From the IMG/VR virus record IMGVR_UViG_3300025769_000070: a DNA stretch of 64,000 nt; one strand, written 5' to 3'. The notes under the pieces were generated by a model. It had not been told where the DNA came from. It saw only the letters and a list, made by a program, of their open reading frames with translations, and ran no database searches. Both the position numbers and the translations under genes were made by a program. Below, in pieces: positions 10,364 through 19,422 of this stretch; within the stretch, counting starts at the first letter, position 1; each line of letters begins with the position of its first letter. The DNA comes from a virus (taxonomy: Duplodnaviria > Heunggongvirae > Uroviricota > Caudoviricetes).

Positions 10364-11335
10364 TTATACACCTAAAATTACTTCAACGGAACATTTAACT
10401 GTTCCAACGTGTAAATTAGGGCTGAGGCTGTAGATAGAGTCAAATTTCATATTAAAAAGACGTAAGTTCTTGAATGGGTATTGTGTTATGAGTTCCGGAA
10501 AATGCAATGCCCCCGAAGCGGGAACACCTCTATGATCAAGGGGGAAGGCATTTGCCTCAGCAATTAGATTTAAATCATACATTTTAAAGTTTTTATCATT
10601 TTGATAAGTAACTATATCAAGTAGATTGTCTCTAATATAATCATCCTCAGATATACAATGAAATAATACATCTGTATATACATAAGAACTTCCGCCAAGT
10701 TGATATCCCTTAAAAGATCTATTATTAACCACTTCTATACCAAGAGCAGGTAATTGAAGTCTATTCTGGGATAATTGAGACCAGTCTCCTGAAGTAGTAT
10801 GGAATTGAGAGTTCTCCACACGCTCTGATTTTTTCTGTATCTCTTGAAACCAAGGCAATCCATCAGATTTTGTAACATTCACATATTTGTAGCTGTAGGC
10901 ACAAGTAACCGTACTAGTAGTTGGGATCGCTGTATCAAAAACTACTCTACCCTGTGGATGATCTACATAATGAGAATAAGTACCAGTTTCTGTTACAGGA
11001 TGAAATACATCATTGACATAAACCCCTGTGACTCCTGGGTTTGCATTGTCCGTACCAACCAAAGGTGGATCAAATTCAGTAGCTACCCCGCTCTGCCAAA
11101 CCCAATTACTTCGAAAACCTTCCCACACTTGACCAGCATTGTATCTAGGATCATTAACAAGCCTAAGCTGGTGTTCATTTCCACCATAATATCCACTAGA
11201 AGGTATAGATACGTTAATAAAGTTTTCTTTTTGCAGAAGTCCCCAATCAAAGAAAGAGATGAGATTCTCTCTTATGTCATTAGTAAGAGTCGAATCACCA
11301 ATCTTTTGAAAGCCTTTCAGATCAATATTTGCCAT
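10364..11335 (-). CDS. virion structural protein (tail/baseplate-associated)
   Basis: 323-aa ORF in the tail module; overlaps the next gene by 1 nt (11335). Confidence 0.4.
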   Translation of the reverse strand: MANIDLKGFQKIGDSTLTNDIRENLISFFDWGLLQKENFINVSIPSSGYYGGNEHQLRLVNDPRYNAGQVWEGFRSNWVWQSGVATEFDPPLVGTDNANPGVTGVYVNDVFHPVTETGTYSHYVDHPQGRVVFDTAIPTTSTVTCAYSYKYVNVTKSDGLPWFQEIQKKSERVENSQFHTTSGDWSQLSQNRLQLPALGIEVVNNRSFKGYQLGGSSYVYTDVLFHCISEDDYIRDNLLDIVTYQNDKNFKMYDLNLIAEANAFPLDHRGVPASGALHFPELITQYPFKNLRLFNMKFDSIYSLSPNLHVGTVKCSVEVILGV

Positions 11336-11970
11336 TATAATACCTTATTAATTTCTTCTTTTATGATATTCTCTATTGCTGTACGGCTTTCAGTAACTAT
11401 CCTCGTCAAAAAGTTATCATCTTTAGTTCCTGCAAATCTAGGATCAACACGAAAGCTATTACCTGACTTAAGCATAAATCCTAGACCACTCCTAGAGTTA
11501 TTAGCATTTACAGAAAAAACACTTTCAAATCCGCTTACAACAACTTGGGAACCTCTATTAAGTAACCAATCCATCCAGTTAATTATATAACCATTACTAT
11601 CATAAGAGCCGGAAGGTATATTTTGAATTGGACCAACAGGATCTATTTTTATTGAAATACCAGAAAATCCGGCACTAAAAATTTTTCCGCCTTTTAAGAC
11701 ATTTACAGAGACTGAACTTTCTATAGCCTGCAACATTTCATTAATTGCTTTATCGGCAACCTCTAGACTTAATCCAAAATCTAGAGCTAATTGTCCATGT
11801 CGTAATTCATCAAGAATTGGATGTGAAACTAATTGTTCAGTAATCAAAGATTTTATTCTCTGCTCAATAAAAACAGAAGCTTTGAGCATCTGCGGATCTA
11901 TTTTCTTAGCTAGTAAAGAGAAAACTTTAGCGGTAAATTGACGGTCTGTAGTAATTAATTTTAATCCCAT
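11335..11970 (-). CDS. hypothetical structural protein
   Basis: 211-aa ORF in the tail module. Confidence 0.4.
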   Translation of the reverse strand: MGLKLITTDRQFTAKVFSLLAKKIDPQMLKASVFIEQRIKSLITEQLVSHPILDELRHGQLALDFGLSLEVADKAINEMLQAIESSVSVNVLKGGKIFSAGFSGISIKIDPVGPIQNIPSGSYDSNGYIINWMDWLLNRGSQVVVSGFESVFSVNANNSRSGLGFMLKSGNSFRVDPRFAGTKDDNFLTRIVTESRTAIENIIKEEINKVL

Positions 11971-11977
11971 GTGACAC

Positions 11978-12199
11978 CTACTCGTTATCGCTATTATCTT
12001 CTTCTACTTCTTCTACTTCTTCAACCTTTTTAATTTTAGGCTGAAAATAAGAAATTTTTACTTCTGGAATACACACCTTACAAGTATCCCTAAAACCTAA
12101 TTTCCCAGAAACGTCTTTATCGAAGAATTCCAGACTGACAATTTTTCTTTGTCCACATGTTTTACATACTTTATTAGCCATGATTATTCCCTCTTCCAA
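11978..12199 (-). CDS. small zinc-ribbon protein with acidic (EEVEEVEE) tail
   Basis: Cysteine pairs CKTCGQ...CKVC; overlaps the upstream gene by 16 nt. Confidence 0.4.
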   Translation of the reverse strand: MEEGIIMANKVCKTCGQRKIVSLEFFDKDVSGKLGFRDTCKVCIPEVKISYFQPKIKKVEEVEEVEEDNSDNE

Positions 12200-12660
12200 A
12201 AGGTTATGATATAACGGTCGTGTTTAAACCCGTGAGGAACAGGTTCGGTAATTCTTGTATATCTAAATGTATCGTGCCCAGCTAATTCAGTATCTGTTAC
12301 TAAAGCTATTGCCCTGTTAATTTTGGTAAGATCGCTAAGATAGCCAATAGTTTGTATAGCTCCATCAGGAACATCTATTTGTCCTATCTTAATGAAGTCT
12401 TTTTTATTACGATAAACTCGCATTTTTATGGTATCAGAAGATTCTACAGTTTTAAATGTAGAAGTCCCCCGGCTAAAACCGGCTGATTCATTTCGATTCT
12501 GTATATTCAGGCTGCGTCTTTGCTTAACTGTAGGTACACTGTCTGTGATTACTTCGACCTGATGGGTATAAATTAAATTGCAGTTCACGCCAAAAGACGC
12601 AATCATCTCATCTGCAAATTCTTTATATTTAGTAAATATGTCAGAAGGAATAGATACCAT
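12184..12660 (-). CDS. hypothetical protein
   Basis: 158-aa ORF in a compact operon. Confidence 0.4.
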   Translation of the reverse strand: MVSIPSDIFTKYKEFADEMIASFGVNCNLIYTHQVEVITDSVPTVKQRRSLNIQNRNESAGFSRGTSTFKTVESSDTIKMRVYRNKKDFIKIGQIDVPDGAIQTIGYLSDLTKINRAIALVTDTELAGHDTFRYTRITEPVPHGFKHDRYIITFWKRE

Positions 12661-12668
12661 AATTTCCC

Positions 12669-12851
12669 CTATGCGGAATAGTAGTCGTAATCATCAAATC
12701 TCCCAGTTAAATAACCGCTCTGTGCGATAATTTCTGATCGATTAAATTTAGGGGCTGTATTATAATAATTCCCCAGTTCATCAGCACCTACAACAACACC
12801 GCCATTCACAATGTCATTAGCTGGTTTTATTTTCTGAAATACATCAGCCAT
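12669..12851 (-). CDS. hypothetical small protein
   Basis: 60-aa ORF, Gly-rich, within the operon. Confidence 0.3.
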   Translation of the reverse strand: MADVFQKIKPANDIVNGGVVVGADELGNYYNTAPKFNRSEIIAQSGYLTGRFDDYDYYSA

Positions 12852-12963
12852 TATAGCCTCTTTTCTTTAAAAGTCTACGAACATGATAAAAGGAGATGAA
12901 TAATATGCATAGCCTTTTCCAATTTTATTAACTTGATTATCTTCGAAAAAATGAAACATTATA

Positions 12964-14892
12964 TTAACCTAAATTCTGAGCTAGTACCATTCCGTCATAG
13001 TGATTTCCGGATGTACATAGAAATCCAAAAAGGTCAGCCCTATTTCCAGAAGTACTAAGAGTTGGTGTTGTAGCTCCATCCCACTTGATTGTATTGAACC
13101 AAGTAACCGTTCTATTTCCAGTTCCATCTTGTTGCAGTCTCAAAATAAACTTTTGCCCCACTGTAGGATTGCTAACAGCAATAATTCTATTGGCTCCTCC
13201 TAAAGTTGCATAATGAGTATTAGATTCATTTAAGTCAAATGTGATAGTAGCACCGTCAGGATTACTTTTAATACTAGTTTTAACAGCTTTATTAGTAGTT
13301 AATACACCGCCAACATTCCCTGAGTCACTGAGAACTAAAGCATCAAAATATCCTGTTCCTGCTGTAGAAAACTCAGATCCATTTAAAGCCAAGCCCGTCC
13401 CCGCAGTATAAGTAGTATCCGTCCCGTTAATAGTCAATACGTTGGTAGAAGTATTATAACTGGTAGTTACAGATCCAGTTCCACTAGCATATACACTATC
13501 ACCAGATGCAATAGTTTCTGTATTCCCGCTACCGTCTCCGAACACCCAATCATAACCTGCACCACCACCACCACCACCACCTTGTGAAACTCCGCTACCA
13601 TTAAAGTAAAGAACGCCTCCTACATTATATAGTTTGTTAGTAGTTACATCGGGAGTTCCGGCCAATAATTGTACGCCGCTTCCAACAGTTATGGTGCGAC
13701 CAAAGTTTCCACTATCTGTCACAACCATTGATGGAGCTGTAAATAACGAATTGCCACTATCGTATGTAAAGCCTACAACTGTGTGGATAGCTACATCGTT
13801 GCCGCCCTTTGCTATAATGAAGGGGACACCGCTCAACTGTGTCCCTGAATTACTAACTTGACCACCGCCAAATCTCGGACCTGTAGGTCTTAAAAATATA
13901 GATCCTGTTGAGGCATGACTTCTGACCACAGTTCCAACAGCTACTGAATAATTTGGCAACCCTGGTTTTGATGAACTTAATACTCCAGAAGATGTGGGGG
14001 ATAAATACGCAAGCTCTCCTTCAGTTAGTGCCGAAGTGTCTATATTTCTGACAAGTCCAAAAGTTGTGATATAACCAAAAGATGAGTCCTCTATATCATG
14101 AGTCGCAAGCCCAAGAATATTCGAGTCTATAAAAGAAGAAGCTATGGCCCTACTAATTTCCATATTACTTCCTTGTACCCCACTAACTATCACTACCGTT
14201 CCATTAGTAATTGTTGAACCCGTATTATTCCTAACTCTAACCCAATTTTCTTGTCCTACTTGAAGACTAATATCAGATTCATCATTATAGAAGGCTAATG
14301 ATTTATTGTCAGTGTCATAAAACAGCCGCCCCTCTTTATAAGGAAGCGTTCCGGTAGTTGCTAAATCTATTGCTGAAAAGTTTCCCGTGCCTTCCGTATA
14401 AATTTGTGAACCACTAATGGTCAATCCACTTCCAGCAGTAGAGACATAACCAGCATCATTCACAGCTTTTGGTGTTAAGGCTTTATTCTGTGATGCGTCT
14501 ATAGTATTTGTTAATATTGTCACACCTGTGACAGAAGTTGACGCGGTCAAAGCATTAAATACAGTCCCAGATAGTTGTAATCCAGTGCCAGCAGTATAGG
14601 TCGTTCCACTACCACCACTACCACCACTAACCCCAGACCATTGTACCCCATTATAAATCTTTAACCCATTGTCGTAGACAAGGTAGCCCGTTGGAGTTGG
14701 AGTAATTACATTTCCTGTTGGTAATACCTTAACGCCATAAACACCAGAAGCGTCATAAGGGATTAGAGAGTCCGCAATATGTTGGTGCATATTACGAAAA
14801 TCAAGTGGAGAAATGTCTCCATTTATATTGTCTATAAACGTTCCAGTAGAAAATACCACTAATTCTGAGGCTGTCTTAAAAGCCATTACCAA
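12964..14892 (-). CDS. tail fibre protein (paralog 1)
   Basis: 642 aa. G/S/T-rich with TYTAGTGLxLxGTxF fibre repeats, a poly-Gly stretch and a TTNKLYNVGGVLYFNG motif. Its C-terminal ~110 aa (KAVKTSIKSN...SNPTVGQKFILRLQQDGTGNRTVTWF...ADLFGF) are shared with the 17212-19422 product. Confidence 0.65.
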   Translation of the reverse strand: MVMAFKTASELVVFSTGTFIDNINGDISPLDFRNMHQHIADSLIPYDASGVYGVKVLPTGNVITPTPTGYLVYDNGLKIYNGVQWSGVSGGSGGSGTTYTAGTGLQLSGTVFNALTASTSVTGVTILTNTIDASQNKALTPKAVNDAGYVSTAGSGLTISGSQIYTEGTGNFSAIDLATTGTLPYKEGRLFYDTDNKSLAFYNDESDISLQVGQENWVRVRNNTGSTITNGTVVIVSGVQGSNMEISRAIASSFIDSNILGLATHDIEDSSFGYITTFGLVRNIDTSALTEGELAYLSPTSSGVLSSSKPGLPNYSVAVGTVVRSHASTGSIFLRPTGPRFGGGQVSNSGTQLSGVPFIIAKGGNDVAIHTVVGFTYDSGNSLFTAPSMVVTDSGNFGRTITVGSGVQLLAGTPDVTTNKLYNVGGVLYFNGSGVSQGGGGGGGAGYDWVFGDGSGNTETIASGDSVYASGTGSVTTSYNTSTNVLTINGTDTTYTAGTGLALNGSEFSTAGTGYFDALVLSDSGNVGGVLTTNKAVKTSIKSNPDGATITFDLNESNTHYATLGGANRIIAVSNPTVGQKFILRLQQDGTGNRTVTWFNTIKWDGATTPTLSTSGNRADLFGFLCTSGNHYDGMVLAQNLG

Positions 14893-15368
14893 CTCCTATA
14901 ATTTCTATCTTGTTGCCTTAATGAATAAGGGGATAGAACAGCTTCTCCAATATTACCACCGGCTTGATATTGAAGTTTCGCGTTCTCGTATTTTTCTTTA
15001 ATATCTTCGTATACTATTTTTAGTCCATTTAATGTTGCGGTCATATTAATACTTGATGGACCGTCGCTAATACTAATCAAATTTGCACCCGCAGTTTTAA
15101 TCTCGCTACCTAATATAATACACCCTGCTCGTAAAGAGACAAGGTTTATAAAGGCGTTGTCTTTAGTCTCAACCGTAGGATCTGGCGATAAAGAACACCC
15201 ATCCACATCAATAGTATAGACTTTTCCGAAATTTATTTCATTGTTCATTAATTGTGCGGCGACCAATATAGAAGTTTCCAATCTTGAATTTGTAAAAGTT
15301 GGATCAGATATATCAGTATCATTAATTAAATGTCTTACTATTGTTGTCATTTCGCTCTGCCACGCCAT
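14886..15368 (-). CDS. hypothetical protein (fibre/baseplate-associated)
   Basis: 160-aa ORF overlapping the fibre gene by 7 nt. Confidence 0.4.
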   Translation of the reverse strand: MAWQSEMTTIVRHLINDTDISDPTFTNSRLETSILVAAQLMNNEINFGKVYTIDVDGCSLSPDPTVETKDNAFINLVSLRAGCIILGSEIKTAGANLISISDGPSSINMTATLNGLKIVYEDIKEKYENAKLQYQAGGNIGEAVLSPYSLRQQDRNYRSW

Positions 15369-15377
15369 AATTATCTC

Positions 15378-15689
15378 CTAAGACAAATTCTTATAAACTC
15401 TAAATGTACTTATATCTGAATAAAATTCATTAACGCCAAAGTCAACAAATGCTTGAATTTTCCAAGTTCCAACAACATCTAAATCTCCTGATGCTGAAGT
15501 ATATGTGATTATTCCATCTGTTCCGTCTGTATAAAAAGAGGCGTTTTTAGACACAACGGTATTATCCGGCTTACTGAATCTAATATAATTAGTAGCTGAA
15601 GAAACATCTACGGCAGTCCCACTCTCTAGAACTGTCACTCTGAATTCTGTACCTACGTTATTTTGATGAATTTCATTCGCGGCCATTAC
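15378..15689 (-). CDS. small beta-rich structural protein
   Basis: ORF track gives 15378-15740; the likely start is the internal Met (MAANEIHQ...). T/S/V/G-rich. Confidence 0.35.
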   Translation of the reverse strand, partial: VMAANEIHQNNVGTEFRVTVLESGTAVDVSSATNYIRFSKPDNTVVSKNASFYTDGTDGIITYTSASGDLDVVGTWKIQAFVDFGVNEFYSDISTFRVYKNLS

Positions 15690-15742
15690 ATAGCCTTTCT
15701 TTTTTACTAGAAATTTTACTTCTTCTACAATAAGATACACCC

Positions 15743-17212
15743 TTAAGTCAATAATAGCATGAATGCTGGATGTGCTGTATTAACAATAGGTACAGTTATT
15801 ACTTCTAATTCTGGAGAAAAAGAAGATCCTTGCTCTGCATAATAATTACGGTAAAAATGAGTTACATTAGAAGCCCATGTGGGAGTAGCGACATCTAGAT
15901 CGTATGTACTTAATATTGAAACAAATCTGGATAATCCAGAAGTATTTACAGCCGCTCTACCAGCGGCATTCATTGTAAAAGTGTTATAACCAGCCGAATT
16001 TACACTTCCTGAAGTTATTTCCGTCGCTAAAGGAGTAGACTGAACAGCTTGAAAATCTGAAGTTGTTGGAACCGTAGTATTTGTAGAACTAGAACCATAA
16101 ATATTTAAAGAGCTAGACCAGAAGGGGCTTGGGTTGGAAGAAGAGAAAATATAATATTTTAATAAACATGATGTTACTAATCCAGATAATGAAGATGTAT
16201 CAAAGAAAAAATTAGCTCTATTCAGCAAATTAAATCTATTTGTTGTAGTATCAGATCTCATTCTTATATATCCGCTAGTATTACTAGCACTAGCTCCATT
16301 CCCATTTCCTGTACTCAATTGCGTCCATGTTTGTCCAGCTACAGATCTTTGTGTCCAAAAATCCATACTTGTAGTTTCTGGATCTGCATCTGGAACAAAT
16401 GTAATATCTGTTCTTAAATAAGATCCATCAGAAAAAGCATTTAGAATAAGTTGTCTAGGAATAAATTTTGTACAACGAACAGTCTCCTTATCTGATAAAA
16501 GCTCAAAATTAACTTTTACATTATGTCTGATAATTTCTCCCTGCTCGTCATACCACCAGCAAACTGGATTTTTAATTAATACGCCTCTAATTTTGGAATC
16601 TCCAAGAGACACAAAAGCTTGAGTATTGTACAAATCTACAGAAGCAGTTGTTTTTCCATCCCAAGGTCTAATACCTTCAGAACCTCCAACCCAGGCTTTT
16701 GCATTTGAAGACCTTAGTAAAAAAGAATATTTTACATATTCTTCGTCTCCTGAAGGCACTTCTCTTATATGCACAACCTTTTCAATTCTGGTAGATAAAC
16801 CTCTCCATAACCCCAATACTAAATCAGCACCATTCCAAGCATTTTTATAGATAATACTACTAGGATGATTTTCGTCTATAAAACCTTCTATATTACGTTC
16901 TGCCTCAATGCATAATGATAATGAAAAATTTGGTTCGGCATTAAACCCCAAACTCACAGGGTCTTCTATAGCTCTTTTTATAGAATAAGAAGAATCAAAA
17001 ACAAAGTCCGACCATTCTTGTGAAGATTTTGCAAAATCAGCACTAGCTGGAAAAGAAGAAACAGTAAAGTCAGGAAGAATTCTTTCATCTATACTAGTCC
17101 ATACTCCTTGTTTTCTAAAATTACGCCATCCTATACTTATTTTTGAAATAATAGTTTTACTGTCTTTTCTGACACTATCTATGTTCCAACCTTGCTGTAA
17201 AAAATTAGTCAT
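15743..17212 (-). CDS. baseplate/tail-fibre-associated structural protein
   Basis: 489-aa ORF. Its start overlaps the stop of the upstream fibre gene at 17212. S/T/N-rich. Confidence 0.45.
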   Translation of the reverse strand: MTNFLQQGWNIDSVRKDSKTIISKISIGWRNFRKQGVWTSIDERILPDFTVSSFPASADFAKSSQEWSDFVFDSSYSIKRAIEDPVSLGFNAEPNFSLSLCIEAERNIEGFIDENHPSSIIYKNAWNGADLVLGLWRGLSTRIEKVVHIREVPSGDEEYVKYSFLLRSSNAKAWVGGSEGIRPWDGKTTASVDLYNTQAFVSLGDSKIRGVLIKNPVCWWYDEQGEIIRHNVKVNFELLSDKETVRCTKFIPRQLILNAFSDGSYLRTDITFVPDADPETTSMDFWTQRSVAGQTWTQLSTGNGNGASASNTSGYIRMRSDTTTNRFNLLNRANFFFDTSSLSGLVTSCLLKYYIFSSSNPSPFWSSSLNIYGSSSTNTTVPTTSDFQAVQSTPLATEITSGSVNSAGYNTFTMNAAGRAAVNTSGLSRFVSILSTYDLDVATPTWASNVTHFYRNYYAEQGSSFSPELEVITVPIVNTAHPAFMLLLT

Positions 17213-19422
17213 TATAAATTATACCCTATTCCAAATCCGTCATATTGTCCACCAGAAGTACAGACAAAACCAAATAAATCCGCCTTATTACCAGTAGAAC
17301 TTAATGTAGGTACAGTATTATCGGGCCATCTTATTGTTGAAAACCAAGTCACTGTTCTATTACCAGTTACATCCTGTTGTAACCTAATAGCAAACTTTTG
17401 ACCTACTGTAGGATTTGATAATGCAAGAGTTCTATTTCCTCCTAGTGTAACAGTATGGAAATTAGATTCATTTAAGTCAAATGTTATAGTTGTAGAGTCA
17501 GCATTAGATTTATTAGAAGTCTTAATAGCTTTTGATACTGTTACTATTCCGCCAGTAATATTTCCGGTTGTAGATATCCCCGCAGAAGTAATAACTCCTG
17601 TAGTTGTATCATTAGCATCATTTCTTAGGTAGTTATCTTGTACATTAAAAGTGGTTCCAGCAAGCTGCAATCCGCTTCCGGCTGAATATGTGGTATCTGT
17701 ATCAGTTACTGTTTCTGTCGCTGTACTAATACTAGTCACATGACCATTACTATCCAACAAAATGTCTTGAATATAAGTTCTACCGGAATTATTTGAACTA
17801 GAAGCCGCTGAGATAGCAGGATGTGCATTTAGATATCCTGAATCATTGACAAACTGACTAATATTGCCACCGCTACGTGCTACTGTGCTATCGACACTAA
17901 AAGTAGTAGTGGCTAGATTTAGACCATCTCCCGCAGAATATGTAGTATTAGTATCTGTATTTACTGGATTTCCATTAAAATATAATGTGCCTCCGCTGTT
18001 GTATAATTTGTTAGTAGTGACAGATGGAGTAGAGGAAGATATTAATATGCCAGTATCTACAGCTACTAAATTATGAACTCTTAAGCCCGTATCATTAACA
18101 TTTAATGATATTATTTCGACTGTGGCATTAGGGTTTAAAGTAGATACCCCGACATTACCCAAAGCTACTCTTCGTGTCGAACTATCGCCAGTGATTAACT
18201 TTTGAATATGAACCTTGTTATCGGTATTATTAAGAATGCTAGTGTTAGCACCACTGTTAACAATCTCTAAATTATTATAACCATCAGCATTATACCCGGC
18301 CTGAAAACCTATATAATTGTTGTGATGACCACTAGAAGATTCTCCCGCATAATATCCAACAAAATTACAAAATTCTGCATCTCTAGATAAACTACCGGCA
18401 TATTCTCCAATCATAACACTTCGAATAGAATTTAAAGATTCATCTCCAGCGTTTCTTCCACCCATGAACACAGTATCACAACCTACAGCATTCGCCCCAG
18501 CGGCCTTTCCTAAGAACTGGCTGTAGGAACAATTATTAGCATTAAAACCCGCCGTAGTTCCAATACATATAACACTGGTTAAAGAAGTACTCTCTTCGCC
18601 TGCCTCAGAGCCAATAAAATCACAACTATCAGCATTCAGGGCATTATAACCAGCATAATCTCCTAACATATTTGTAGAAATATTGCCACTGGATTCCCGT
18701 CCAGCATAACTTCCAATCATATTTGTAGCTCTATTGCCACTGGATGCCCGACCCGCAGTATTGCCAATCATAGCTACATTAGTATTCCCGCTTGACGCCC
18801 ATCCAGCAGACGATCCAATCATTGAAACATTTGTATTGTTTTTATTATAGGCTCCAGCGTAACTACCAATATATTCGACAGAGGCGGGTCCGATAGAATC
18901 AAGTCCCGCATTGTCTCCAATACTAATAAAATCGGCATCTCCAAATGTTATATTTTTAAAATTACCAGTATCTGCTGTATAGAACTGAGTCCCGTTAAGT
19001 CTTAATCCAGTTCCTGCTGTATATGACGTAGCCGCTGTAGTTTGTACGGTAGAATCAGAGAATATTACTCCGGAGCTAGTTAAGACTACTTGATCATTCG
19101 CATTCCTATAAACAGATTTTTCAGCAGGATAAGTTAAGAATACGGTATGCGTACCAGTAGATAAAGTAACGATACTATCCGCATTACTACTTGCTAAAAT
19201 AGTATTACGTGTTAAAGTATCAGGAGATGCGTCAGTTATAGTTCCAATACCAACTTCCCAATCCGTTCCATTTGCATCCTGGATAGCATAGTAACAAGTA
19301 TTTCCATTACCGACAGCAGACACAAAACCTTCGAATCCAGCAACAGCACCGTCTAAATCCAAGGTGCCTGTACCTGTCGTCGAAGATGTTTCTTTTACTC
19401 TGTCTTTTAATATTAAAGCCAT
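17212..19422 (-). CDS. tail fibre protein (paralog 2) with beta-helix-like repeats
   Basis: 736 aa. Central tandem ~15-aa repeats (IGxxAGxASSGNxNxxM), also visible as DNA repeats at 18270-18900. SYTAGTGLRLNGTQF and TTNKLYNSGGTLYFNG motifs. C-terminal domain shared with the 12964-14892 product. Confidence 0.65.
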   Translation of the reverse strand: MALILKDRVKETSSTTGTGTLDLDGAVAGFEGFVSAVGNGNTCYYAIQDANGTDWEVGIGTITDASPDTLTRNTILASSNADSIVTLSTGTHTVFLTYPAEKSVYRNANDQVVLTSSGVIFSDSTVQTTAATSYTAGTGLRLNGTQFYTADTGNFKNITFGDADFISIGDNAGLDSIGPASVEYIGSYAGAYNKNNTNVSMIGSSAGWASSGNTNVAMIGNTAGRASSGNRATNMIGSYAGRESSGNISTNMLGDYAGYNALNADSCDFIGSEAGEESTSLTSVICIGTTAGFNANNCSYSQFLGKAAGANAVGCDTVFMGGRNAGDESLNSIRSVMIGEYAGSLSRDAEFCNFVGYYAGESSSGHHNNYIGFQAGYNADGYNNLEIVNSGANTSILNNTDNKVHIQKLITGDSSTRRVALGNVGVSTLNPNATVEIISLNVNDTGLRVHNLVAVDTGILISSSTPSVTTNKLYNSGGTLYFNGNPVNTDTNTTYSAGDGLNLATTTFSVDSTVARSGGNISQFVNDSGYLNAHPAISAASSSNNSGRTYIQDILLDSNGHVTSISTATETVTDTDTTYSAGSGLQLAGTTFNVQDNYLRNDANDTTTGVITSAGISTTGNITGGIVTVSKAIKTSNKSNADSTTITFDLNESNFHTVTLGGNRTLALSNPTVGQKFAIRLQQDVTGNRTVTWFSTIRWPDNTVPTLSSTGNKADLFGFVCTSGGQYDGFGIGYNL

